Source of the DNA: Nitrososphaerota archaeon | Lineage (GTDB): Archaea; Thermoproteota; Nitrososphaeria; Nitrososphaerales; Nitrosopumilaceae | Length of the DNA: 32,000 bases | Direction of reading: 5' to 3' | Assembly (NCBI GenBank): GCA_013287585.1 | Contig: JABDDN010000004.1 | Location: 25,046 to 57,045 of the forward strand | Shown: positions 1-7,996 of the stretch, in pieces | Layout of the letters: each line of letters opens with the position of its first letter | Numbering within the stretch: position 1 is the first letter of the stretch | Notes under the pieces: model-generated | What the model was told of the DNA's origin: nothing | The model's database searches: none | The model's input: the letters and a program-made list of their open reading frames with translations, nothing else | Position numbers and translations under genes: made by a program

Positions 1-28
1 AAATTAGTATAAGGAATCTTTTCCTTTT

Positions 29-1096
29 TTATTTTGATCTTTCGCTTAGCCATTGGCCAAGCTCGGTAAGAACTTTTTTTTGCGAAAATGAACTTGCTAT
101 CATTCCAACATGTCCAGTTGGATAAATTCTCATGGTTTTGTCCTCAGTTCCTACGGCATAGTATAGAGGCATACTACACTCAGGAGAAACCAAATGATCA
201 CCTACTGCAACCTGAATGAATATGGGCATTGTGATATTCTTGAGTGATACAAGTTGATTTCCAACATACATCTTGTCCTGAATTAGTAGATTTTCTTGGT
301 AAACGTCTTTTATCCATTGCCTGAAAAGTTCACCAGGTATAGATGGTGTATCATGTAACCATTTTTCAACACGTAGAAAATTGTCAACATAATTCTTATC
401 ATGTATATTTTTGAAAAAGTGTATGTATTTCTCTACTCCCTGTTCAAACGGTTTCAAAATGGAAAAGATATAGTACATGAATTCAGGTGGCATATTACCA
501 ATTGCTTTTACCATTTCATCTACATCCATGTGTTTAGCAAGATTTCCAACAACTGTAGTATCTTTTTTACCGTCAATCACAGGAGCAGTAACAACTAGAT
601 TTTTTACTTTGTCTGGATGAAGTGCAGAATAAACAGTAGCCAGAGTTCCACCTGTACAATAACCTTGCAGAGTGACTTTTTCTACATCTGCCTCGTCACA
701 TACAAAATCAATGCAGTTATCGATGTAACCATTAACGTAATCGTCAAAGCCTTGATATTTGTCAATATTAGTTGGGCTCCCCCAATCTATTAGATAGACA
801 TCAAATCCCTGATTTAAGAGATTTTTAATCCAACTTTTTTGTGGGTGAATATCCAAGATATGATATCTGTTTACCAATGCATACACAATAACAAGCGGAG
901 TTTTATGCTGTTTTTGAATTGAAGAATTGAAATGTAAAAGACGCACTTTATCTTCAGAATATGCAACATCATATGGAGTCATCTCAAGATTAATTTCATC
1001 AATTGCAGGCACCATTTTTGGAGCTTCGATCAAATTTTTATTAAATTTTAAAAATTCTTCAATTAGTATTGGATCAATTTTTAATTCATTTTCCAT
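29..1096 (-). CDS. phaC: Class III poly(R)-hydroxyalkanoate synthase, PhaC subunit
   Basis: 355-aa ORF with an alpha/beta-hydrolase layout. It carries the lipase-box-like G-Y-C-T-G-G (GxCxG) typical of PHA synthases, a later conserved Asp/His region (GDHLV, PTGHVGM), and the size expected of a class III PhaC. Its start overlaps the stop of the upstream PhaE-like ORF. Confidence 0.85.
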   Translation of the reverse strand: MENELKIDPILIEEFLKFNKNLIEAPKMVPAIDEINLEMTPYDVAYSEDKVRLLHFNSSIQKQHKTPLVIVYALVNRYHILDIHPQKSWIKNLLNQGFDVYLIDWGSPTNIDKYQGFDDYVNGYIDNCIDFVCDEADVEKVTLQGYCTGGTLATVYSALHPDKVKNLVVTAPVIDGKKDTTVVGNLAKHMDVDEMVKAIGNMPPEFMYYIFSILKPFEQGVEKYIHFFKNIHDKNYVDNFLRVEKWLHDTPSIPGELFRQWIKDVYQENLLIQDKMYVGNQLVSLKNITMPIFIQVAVGDHLVSPECSMPLYYAVGTEDKTMRIYPTGHVGMIASSFSQKKVLTELGQWLSERSK

Positions 1097-1700
1097 TGTG
1101 TATTACTCCAGATTTCCTTTCATTTTTTTCTAATTTACTTACTCTTTTTCGTAACGAGTGTAACTCTTTGTAAACTTCATTCAAATCATCTTTAGTTGGA
1201 ACATTTACAGATTCTAGTAACACAGCAAGCATATTATTCCAATGTTTAGAAAGTTCAACCTCACTTGATATTAATTTGCCAAAATTCTCTCCAAATTTTT
1301 CAGAATCAAAAAGTTGTGTAAACGCATTTTCAAATATGTCAATCCACACTCGTTTTGAAGATTCAATATGTTCTACATCATTTGGGATTTCCGGAATTTT
1401 GACATTAAATCTTTTTTGTGATTCGGTCCAAGTATCTGAAAGTTGTTTATAATATTCAGAAAGTTTAGTATTAAATTCTATAAGATCCTCATTTGCTTCT
1501 ATCATTTCAGTTGCCAGTTTTTTAGTTTGTAATGAAAATTTTCTCATGGGTCCTGCTAATATTAAAGCAGATGGTTTGCTTGAAATTAGATATGCCATAT
1601 CTGTCCAAAACAATGAAAGGTGCTTGAAATAATCTGCGGCTTCCTTAGGGTCTATTTTATTTTTAAATTCAGCACCAGATTCCATGCTAATCATATACAA
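1086..1700 (-). CDS. phaE: PHA synthase subunit PhaE-like
   Basis: 204-aa helical, coiled-coil-like ORF immediately upstream of phaC and overlapping it by 11 nt. Position and composition fit PhaE of class III synthases. The call rests mainly on synteny and general resemblance. Confidence 0.65.
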   Translation of the reverse strand: MYMISMESGAEFKNKIDPKEAADYFKHLSLFWTDMAYLISSKPSALILAGPMRKFSLQTKKLATEMIEANEDLIEFNTKLSEYYKQLSDTWTESQKRFNVKIPEIPNDVEHIESSKRVWIDIFENAFTQLFDSEKFGENFGKLISSEVELSKHWNNMLAVLLESVNVPTKDDLNEVYKELHSLRKRVSKLEKNERKSGVIHNGK

Positions 1701-1790
1701 GAGATCGCAATAAATAGATCGCCTGTTATCATTTATTATTGAAATTTAATTTGATATTTCGTCTCATGATATCTCATAGGAGAAGTAACA

Positions 1791-2141
1791 ATGGATTTTG
1801 AGAAGCTGTGTAAAAAAGTCCTTGAAACAGACTCTAAAATAAGATTTGCAGGAGCCATAAATGGGAAGGGTAGGCTTTTTGCAGGTGGAATGAGAGAGGG
1901 GTTGAAATCTCTTGAAGAATCAAAAGATGATGAGATGTTATACATGGAATTAGTGTTAAGAACAAAAATGAGGCGTGAGTTTGATCATGTTTTGGGGCCA
2001 GTAAAATTTGCGATGTCATATAGAGAAAAAGCAATAGTGATGAGCTTTCCCATGGATGAAAATGTTTTGTTAATTTCAGCTGAGCAGGGATTTGATTATG
2101 CAAATGCTCCCTTTAAGATATTGAAGATTTTAGATCATTAA
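1791..2141 (+). CDS. Conserved hypothetical small cytosolic protein (possibly Roadblock/LC7-like fold)
   Basis: 116-aa ORF divergent from phaE, with an ATG start and coding-like composition. No catalytic motif was recognised, and the fold assignment is a guess. Confidence 0.55.
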   Translation: MDFEKLCKKVLETDSKIRFAGAINGKGRLFAGGMREGLKSLEESKDDEMLYMELVLRTKMRREFDHVLGPVKFAMSYREKAIVMSFPMDENVLLISAEQGFDYANAPFKILKILDH

Positions 2142-3034
2142 GATTGTGATCTTTCATAAACTGTTTGGCACCACTGTAATATTTTTTCAATATCATCTGA
2201 AACAAAATCTGCTTCTTCCTTAGTCTTTTTTGCCAGTTTTGTACAAAAAACAAGATGTAATGCTTTACCAAATTTTGCTTTTGATACAGTAACAGCTTGG
2301 GAAAAAAACTTGATTGTATTTTCAGTAGAAGAAAAAACAACAATTACCATCAAGCCTTGTTTTTTTACCCATACTTTGTTTAGAAATCTTTGTAAATCTA
2401 TGTCAAACATGACATCAATAGCAGTTGACATATCTCCTAATTGTGATACTTTCCAACCTTCAACATGAAAAGCGGCAGATGCAGCTTGTGCCATAAGTGA
2501 ATTTTTGGAATCTGCAGAAAAAACAACGATATTCTTTTTTACATCTGTTTCCTGTTCGGCTAGAATGACGAGATAAATTGAACCTAAGATAATGTCATCA
2601 AGATAATTTTTTTCAGATTTACCAATCTTTCCAGATTCATACGAATTTTGAACAGATTCTATTGCTGGGATAACTACTTCTGTAATCATCTTAGTAGGAC
2701 TGGCTCCAGAATGAAGCGAATTTCTGAGTATATTATGAGCTTCTTTACTAGCGCCTGAGAGTACATACTGCAAATACTTATTTTTTAACCGGAAAAAATC
2801 TGCAGGAAATTCAAATGATTCAACGCCTTCTTCCATAAACCAGAGATTTACATTTCCTATGTTTTTTTGCTTTACAAGTCCCTCTGCAGCAAAGACTTTA
2901 AGATATTTGGTCATGGTTAATCTATTTATTTTCAATTTTTTAGAAATCTCAATGCCTGAAAGGCCTATTTTTGAATCATGTAAAACATCAATTAATTTTT
3001 CTTTTATCTTTTCAGATTGATAACCACGAACCAA
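2138..3034 (-). CDS. Winged-HTH transcription regulator fused to a degenerate cobalamin(B12)-binding-like module
   Basis: The N-terminus has a wHTH pattern (SGIEISKKLKINRLTMTKYLKVFAAEGLVKQ..NVNLW). The middle resembles the helical cap of B12-binding domains (..VVIPAIESVQNSYESGKIGKSEKNYL..). The C-terminus is Rossmann-like (NIVVFSADSKNSLMAQAASAAFHVEGWKVSQLG), but the DxHxxG His is replaced (DSK). Confidence 0.55.
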   Translation of the reverse strand: MVRGYQSEKIKEKLIDVLHDSKIGLSGIEISKKLKINRLTMTKYLKVFAAEGLVKQKNIGNVNLWFMEEGVESFEFPADFFRLKNKYLQYVLSGASKEAHNILRNSLHSGASPTKMITEVVIPAIESVQNSYESGKIGKSEKNYLDDIILGSIYLVILAEQETDVKKNIVVFSADSKNSLMAQAASAAFHVEGWKVSQLGDMSTAIDVMFDIDLQRFLNKVWVKKQGLMVIVVFSSTENTIKFFSQAVTVSKAKFGKALHLVFCTKLAKKTKEEADFVSDDIEKILQWCQTVYERSQS

Positions 3035-3088
3035 TGATTTTGAAAATATCTTTTCTAGTATATAGCATTACTAAATTAACCAACAGGA

Positions 3089-3103
3089 ACCTGAATTTCA
3101 GGT
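3089..3103. promoter_or_regulatory. Perfect 15-nt palindrome ACCTGAAtTTCAGGT upstream of the wHTH/B12-like regulator gene
   Basis: Read directly from the sequence. It lies about 55 nt upstream of the minus-strand start at 3034, beyond a TATA-like element near 3055-3065. It is a candidate operator. Confidence 0.3.
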
Positions 3104-3375
3104 CTCCTGCGGTCAGGTACTTGGTATGGTCTGGTATTCAGTACTTTGGTGTGGTCTGTAATTGCTTACGAGCGCACTAGAATTTATTATGTAAATTTAA
3201 TAAATAAAAAATGCGTATCTATGCTACTAAATATTTAATAGTCAGATCTTAAATTGTAATGATTTTTTTCAATTACTGTTCGTTAATGAGTTTTGAATTT
3301 TAGGGGCGCATAAAGGTAGAAGGACAAAACAAATGGATAACCTTAATTCAGAATGCAAGTAAAAATTAAGATAAG

Positions 3376-3738
3376 ATGGCAGGAAAAATAGATATAGAAA
3401 ATGATAATCTGATCTTCACACTGACTGGAGTAGACAAGGTGCTTGCTCTAAAGAGCAAACTTACGATTCCGTTGAAGCGCGTCAAGTCAGTATCGACAGC
3501 CACGGCAGATTGGAATTACTTCAAGATGTTAAAAGTGGCTGGCACAAAGATTCCCAAAGTGGTAGTTGATGGGAGGTTCTTGAGCAAGGAAGGTTTACTT
3601 TTCTATGAGATGCATGACCCTAACAAGTGTATTACAGTTGAGTTGGAAAATGAAAAATACAAGAAGGTTATCTTTGAGGTGCCTGATAAGGAGACTACTG
3701 CAAAAATGATTCAGGAAGCACTTGATAGATTACACTAA
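3376..3738 (+). CDS. Hypothetical protein (possibly bacterial-type PH-like domain)
   Basis: 120-aa ORF with an ATG start, an AT-rich promoter-like region upstream, and a beta-rich pattern. No motif was recognised. Confidence 0.55.
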   Translation: MAGKIDIENDNLIFTLTGVDKVLALKSKLTIPLKRVKSVSTATADWNYFKMLKVAGTKIPKVVVDGRFLSKEGLLFYEMHDPNKCITVELENEKYKKVIFEVPDKETTAKMIQEALDRLH

Positions 3739-4101
3739 CAAGATATGAACTGACGAAATATGACAATACTGATTAACTATTATTTTAGGTCTTGAAGGTT
3801 AACCGTTAGTATAAAGAGGTAAGCTCAGGAACAAACGAACCTATCAGGTCGATCTCCATATTGAATCTACACATTAGTTGTATTTCAATTTTAAAGCCAA
3901 TTTTGTGCATTGCTTCATAAATTATGAATAATATGAAATCAACAAAAATAGTTGTCTGATAGTATAATCGGTAAACCGTTTTGATCACTCATTGTAGAAC
4001 GTGCCGACCTGTTACAAGGTAAAAACGTGCCATCAAGTTAACAGCACCAAATCCAGAAACGTTAAATACTTGTACTTTAAAGTACGGTATAGGTAGGTAA
4101 T

Positions 4102-4488
4102 ATGCCAAAAGCAGGATTCAAATCAATTACAGTTTCAGAAACGGTATACAACAAGTTCCATGATGTATACAAGAAAAACAGAGACGACCTTGCAATGAAA
4201 GGCATCAATAGCTTTGCCGGATACATCACTTTCATGATGGAGGACTTGATGCAAAAAGATGAAACATTTGCAAGATATGCACCTAAACTTGAAAAGATTT
4301 CAGTTGATGATAATAGAGTAGTAGTAAAAGACAACATCAAAAACAGAATTGCCGAAGTTGCAATTCAAAATGGAGAACTTTACTGTATGTTCTGTGAAGA
4401 GAAAGATTGTGTACATGTTGGTTTTGTGTTTTCTCTTCCTGATGTTTATGAAGTTCTAAATGCACGCGGAATTAAACATCAAAGATAA
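4102..4488 (+). CDS. Hypothetical protein with an N-terminal ribbon-helix-helix-like segment and a C-terminal Cys/His cluster
   Basis: 128-aa ORF. The N-terminus (MPKAGFKSITVSETVYNKFHDVYKK) resembles a CopG/RHH beta-strand plus helix. The C-terminus has CMFCEEKDCVH (CxxCx4CxH), a possible Zn site. Confidence 0.55.
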   Translation: MPKAGFKSITVSETVYNKFHDVYKKNRDDLAMKGINSFAGYITFMMEDLMQKDETFARYAPKLEKISVDDNRVVVKDNIKNRIAEVAIQNGELYCMFCEEKDCVHVGFVFSLPDVYEVLNARGIKHQR

Positions 4489-4494
4489 AAAAGT

Positions 4495-4612
4495 GCAGGA
4501 GGTGGGATTTGAACCCACGAACCCCTAAGAGACGGGATCACCCATTTTTATGATCTTAAGTCCCGCGCATCCAAAGGCTAGGCCTTCTTTGGCCAGGCTC
4601 GGCGACTCCTGC
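4495..4612 (-). tRNA. tRNA-Leu(UAA), class II, intron-containing (118 nt)
   Basis: The minus-strand read gives acceptor GCAGGAG/CTCCTGC and T-arm GTGGG-TTCAAAT-CCCAC. The anticodon stem is CGGGA/TCCCG with loop CTTAAG..A (anticodon TAA at 4556-4558). A 16-nt insert sits at the canonical 37/38 site (about 4539-4554). The variable arm is long (TCTCTTAGGGGTTC). About 15 extra nt in the D-arm/position 26 region (about 4567-4585) suggest a second intron. Confidence 0.75.
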
Positions 4613-4710
4613 GTTTTATTAGCATAAAGTTGTGGAAATTAAACGTTTTATGAAAAATTTTGTCAAGACCAAGTAAGATTAATAAGGATTCAGTAAAGCG
4701 ACCATGTCAT

Positions 4711-4783
4711 GCTTCGATAGCTCAGCCTGGTAGAGCGTTACCTTGGTAAGGTAAAGGTCGCGGGATCGAATCCCGCTCGGAGC
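4711..4783 (+). tRNA. tRNA-Thr(GGU)
   Basis: 73-nt cloverleaf: acceptor GCTTCGA/TCGGAGC, D-arm GCTC-AGCCTGGTA-GAGC, anticodon arm TTACC-TTGGTAA-GGTAA (anticodon GGT), T-arm GCGGG-ATCGAAT-CCCGC. No CCA is encoded. Confidence 0.9.
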
Positions 4784-4852
4784 TTTTGTTGTTTTAAAAA
4801 TATCATTTCTAGATTATAATTCAGTAGATTTTTTCTAATGCTAAATTCAATT

Positions 4853-6190
4853 TTATGTAGAGAGAGGAATTGTAAAATAAAAGGTAGTTCCATCTCCTTC
4901 CTTGCTTTCAAACCAGATCTTCCCTTTCAAATTTTCAACTATTAAACGACAGATTACCAATCCAAACCCACTTCCACCGTATCTTCTTTTTAAAGACAGG
5001 TTAACTTGGTAGTATTTTTTAAAAACAGAATCCTTTCTTTTTTCCGATATACCTATACCATTATCCTTAACAAAAAAACGAATACCGTCATCCCCTTTTT
5101 TGGCACCAATCTCGATTTTACCCCCTTCTTGTGGTACAAAATCTACTGCGTTTTGTATCAAGTTATCAAAAACTTGCTTTAACCTATTCTTATCACTTTG
5201 AAGAATTGATTTTTCTTTTGTTGTATCAACAAATTCAATCTTTTTGTCCTTCATCATATGAACATTAATGTCAACAATGCTTTTCATAAATTCATTAATT
5301 TTGAATTCATCTTTGCTGAAAGTCATTTTCTGAGCAACAAGCAGTTGAACATCAGACATATCCTCAAGCATTCTTTCTAATCTAATCGCATTATTATAAA
5401 TCTCATTTACAGCTTCCAATTGTTGTGTGTTTAGATTTGCAGCAACTGGATCATTGAGTGACTCACAGTATCTCTTTATTGGCTCTAAAGGTAATTTACA
5501 TTCTTGTGAAAGAGAGAAATAAAATTCTTCTTTAAGCGAATTCATTTTTTGTAATTCTTCTAGTTGAATTTTTTGTCTTTCGTGGTCTTGTATAACCTTC
5601 CTGGCTTCATAAATATCTGAAATATCCCGAATTGCTGTATTGCTGCCAATTAGTTTGCCCCTTTCATTATACATGTTATTAGCGCTTAATAATGCTGGAA
5701 ATGCGGAACCATCTTTTCGTTTAAACCATATTTCTCTACTCTCAGCACGTCCTGTTTCTTTCCAAGACTCAAATGTATTACGCATTTCTGTAATGCTTTG
5801 CTCTGCAACATGATCAAAAATTGATTTACCTATTACCTCATTTTTGGAAGAACCAAAGTTTTTTGCATATTTTTGATTGCATTCTAGAATTATACCATCA
5901 GTATTTACAGTACGTTGCATTACTGGTGATTCTTCATATAGATTTCTATATTTGATGCCATCTACTGAAGAAAGTGATTTTCTAGTTTCAACTTGATATG
6001 GTTGTGCTAAAAGAGGATTTTTAGGAGTTCTACTGTTTGCCCACATAATAACTCCACCCACAACAATTCCAGCAAGTCCAAGATAAAATGCGTGATATGC
6101 ATATGGAACATTAGGATCTAAACCATAGTCAGTTACTGCCAATCCCATAATTACCAATAATAATCCGCCGGCAATTCCAAAAGTATTCAT
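4853..6190 (-). CDS. Membrane-anchored PAS-domain sensor histidine-kinase-like protein with an atypical H-box
   Basis: 445 aa with two N-terminal hydrophobic helices and a PAS-like region (..ILECNQKYAKNFG..). A DHp-like segment follows. The HATPase_c motifs are intact: N box QVFDNLIQNAVDF, G1 DNGIGI, G2 GGSGFGL. The H-box reads FSLSQECKLPL, with Gln where the phospho-acceptor His is expected. Confidence 0.85.
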   Translation of the reverse strand: MNTFGIAGGLLLVIMGLAVTDYGLDPNVPYAYHAFYLGLAGIVVGGVIMWANSRTPKNPLLAQPYQVETRKSLSSVDGIKYRNLYEESPVMQRTVNTDGIILECNQKYAKNFGSSKNEVIGKSIFDHVAEQSITEMRNTFESWKETGRAESREIWFKRKDGSAFPALLSANNMYNERGKLIGSNTAIRDISDIYEARKVIQDHERQKIQLEELQKMNSLKEEFYFSLSQECKLPLEPIKRYCESLNDPVAANLNTQQLEAVNEIYNNAIRLERMLEDMSDVQLLVAQKMTFSKDEFKINEFMKSIVDINVHMMKDKKIEFVDTTKEKSILQSDKNRLKQVFDNLIQNAVDFVPQEGGKIEIGAKKGDDGIRFFVKDNGIGISEKRKDSVFKKYYQVNLSLKRRYGGSGFGLVICRLIVENLKGKIWFESKEGDGTTFYFTIPLST

Positions 6191-6327
6191 ATTCTACTCC
6201 AAAAAAGATTGCTTTTCATAGTATCCAATACTGGAATGAGTAAAATAATTTTTTGAATAGCAACTCCAATCAATGGATATTAAATACAAAACTAGAAGAT
6301 TAACTTTTCAGGTTTTGTAAATCTAAA

Positions 6328-6864
6328 TCACTCTAAAACCAGAATCAAATTATCCAAGAATTCTTGGATCCTAGTTTTTATTCCATCTATTACTTTTTTG
6401 AGTTCATTATTTGTAATACGTGCTTCATGAATTCGCAAGTTTTTTGATGCATGATCCATCCCATGTTTTGTTATGAATTCGTTAAATTTCTCAAGATACT
6501 GACTTGTGATTATAAGATGACCATTATTTTCAATTTCAGATATAGGTTGATAAATTATTGATTTTCCAAAAAATTCCAATATGTCAGGTGGTAGTGGCAC
6601 CACACTTCCATAAACATCATAAAATAACCAATTAGTTTTTCTATACGAGGGAAGGTTGTCATAAAATTCATCCTTAGTTTTGTATAAACCAAGATAACCG
6701 TTTAATTCTAAATCTATCCATGTATTTTTATCAGATATTCCTAGGTATTTACAGATGGTTTTACATGATTGCAAGATCTCATGTAACGATTTTTTCTCAT
6801 CCAAAAGTTCTATACTTACCGTTTTTGCTAATTTTAACGCCTCATCTTTTTTATTTTGACTCAA
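6328..6864 (-). CDS. AbiTii-like domain protein (abortive-infection-associated family), otherwise uncharacterised
   Basis: In this 178-aa ORF, the segment LHEILQSCKTICKYLGISDKNTWIDLELNGY....LPSYRKT matches my recollection of the AbiTii N-terminal domain signature (..LA.kLg...L..Wi..ELnGY...lPeYR). No effector motif was recognised in the C-terminal half. Confidence 0.5.
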   Translation of the reverse strand: MSQNKKDEALKLAKTVSIELLDEKKSLHEILQSCKTICKYLGISDKNTWIDLELNGYLGLYKTKDEFYDNLPSYRKTNWLFYDVYGSVVPLPPDILEFFGKSIIYQPISEIENNGHLIITSQYLEKFNEFITKHGMDHASKNLRIHEARITNNELKKVIDGIKTRIQEFLDNLILVLE

Positions 6865-6980
6865 GATATCAAACTAGTGTATTACTACCATGATTTTACT
6901 TTATCTTGTAGATACATATAGAAAAATTTTACAAAAATCATGATTTGGAGGCAAATCAGAGTAAAATAAAATTTAGGGTT

Positions 6981-7844
6981 TTAATAATTTTTTATTAAGA
7001 TTTCAGTATGTCCAGTTCTCTTCTTTGAATTTGAATTTATGAATCTATTTGTATTTATTTCTATTATATTATCAGAATATTCTGAGAATAATTCTATTAC
7101 TTCGTGTGATTTGGAATTTGAAAGCATGATATTACAACCTTTAGAATCAAGTTTTTTAAATTCGGTAAAGAGTCTTTCCTGATCTTTGTATCCAAAGTTA
7201 TCATTTGTATAGCTAGTAAAGTTTGCAGTAGAGCTCACTGGCTGATATGGTGGATCTAAATACACAAAATCATCTTTTTGTGCTCTCCTAAGAGCAGCAG
7301 TGAAATCTTCACACTTTATTGAAATTCCTTTTGATTGTAAAACGTGACTTAGTACCTGAAGGTTTTCTTTATTTACTATGTTTGGATTTACATACTTTCC
7401 TATCGGCACATTGAATTTCCCTTTACTGTTTACTCTGTACAAACCATTAAAACAAGTCTTGTTTAGAAATATGAGTCTTGAAACTTTATCAATCTGGTTT
7501 TTTGGATTACTGTCTCTTACTTGATAATAATATTCTTCAGAATTTTTAAAGTAATTTTCTGAATGTTCTTCGAGTGATATTACCAATTCATCAACTTTGT
7601 CACGAATTGTGACATATGATAGAATTAAAGTAGAATTCAAATCAGATACAAAACATTTTAGTTGAGAATTTTGAGATAACAGATATAACAAGACTGCTCC
7701 GCCCCCTAAAAATGGCTCAAAATACGTATCAAAATTTTTTGGAGTATGTTGTGATAGTGTTGGTAAAAGTTGTCTTTTTCCTCCTGCCCATTTTACAAAC
7801 GGCTTGGGTACAACAGATGTGATTTGTTTGTATTGCTGTTTCAA
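6981..7844 (-). CDS. dam: Dam-family (D12 class) N6-adenine DNA methyltransferase
   Basis: 287 aa with the KWAGGKRQLL motif, AdoMet motif EPFLGGGAV (FxGxG) and catalytic DPPY (VYLDPPYQP), in the alpha-class order typical of Dam/DpnIIA-like enzymes. Confidence 0.9.
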   Translation of the reverse strand: MKQQYKQITSVVPKPFVKWAGGKRQLLPTLSQHTPKNFDTYFEPFLGGGAVLLYLLSQNSQLKCFVSDLNSTLILSYVTIRDKVDELVISLEEHSENYFKNSEEYYYQVRDSNPKNQIDKVSRLIFLNKTCFNGLYRVNSKGKFNVPIGKYVNPNIVNKENLQVLSHVLQSKGISIKCEDFTAALRRAQKDDFVYLDPPYQPVSSTANFTSYTNDNFGYKDQERLFTEFKKLDSKGCNIMLSNSKSHEVIELFSEYSDNIIEINTNRFINSNSKKRTGHTEILIKNY

Positions 7845-7996
7845 TATACAATAGTATCAAGATTTTATTTTGCACGATATGACAATAAAAGATCACACGT
7901 TGTGTAGCTTTTTTTAATCAAGATGATCAGATTTTTCTAAAAATCATCTATGAGATAATCTAGGTAGTAATAAAATAAAGTAAAAGGAAAGGGAAG

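Noticed and set aside
2971-3180. A 69-aa plus-strand ORF spanning the start of the regulator gene and the GC-richer upstream region.
   Set aside because: It overlaps the 5' end of a better-supported minus-strand gene and its translation is unconvincing. The GC-rich GGT-repeat stretch is reported as a non-coding curiosity instead.
3806-3988. A 60-aa ORF in the 3739-4101 spacer, together with a pair of AACGTGCC motifs (3998-4005 and 4024-4031) upstream of the RHH-like gene.
   Set aside because: The ORF translation is Ile/Phe/Tyr-rich with no start context or motif. The 8-mer pair may be an operator for the RHH-like protein, but two 8-mers are too weak to report as a feature.
6889-6942. A 9-bp inverted repeat, CATGATTTT ... 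AAAATCATG, in the Dam/AbiTii-like spacer. A similar 7-bp hairpin (ATTTCCA-AAATC-TGGAAAT) lies at 12102-12120.
   Set aside because: Inverted repeats of this size are expected by chance in AT-rich intergenic DNA. There is no supporting conservation or positional evidence.
4613-7996. The idea that the tRNA-Thr-proximal segment (kinase, AbiTii-like, Dam) is a tRNA-targeted integrated element.
   Set aside because: I found no integrase gene and no direct repeat of the tRNA 3' end downstream. Only the Dam/AbiTii-like pair is kept, as a finding.
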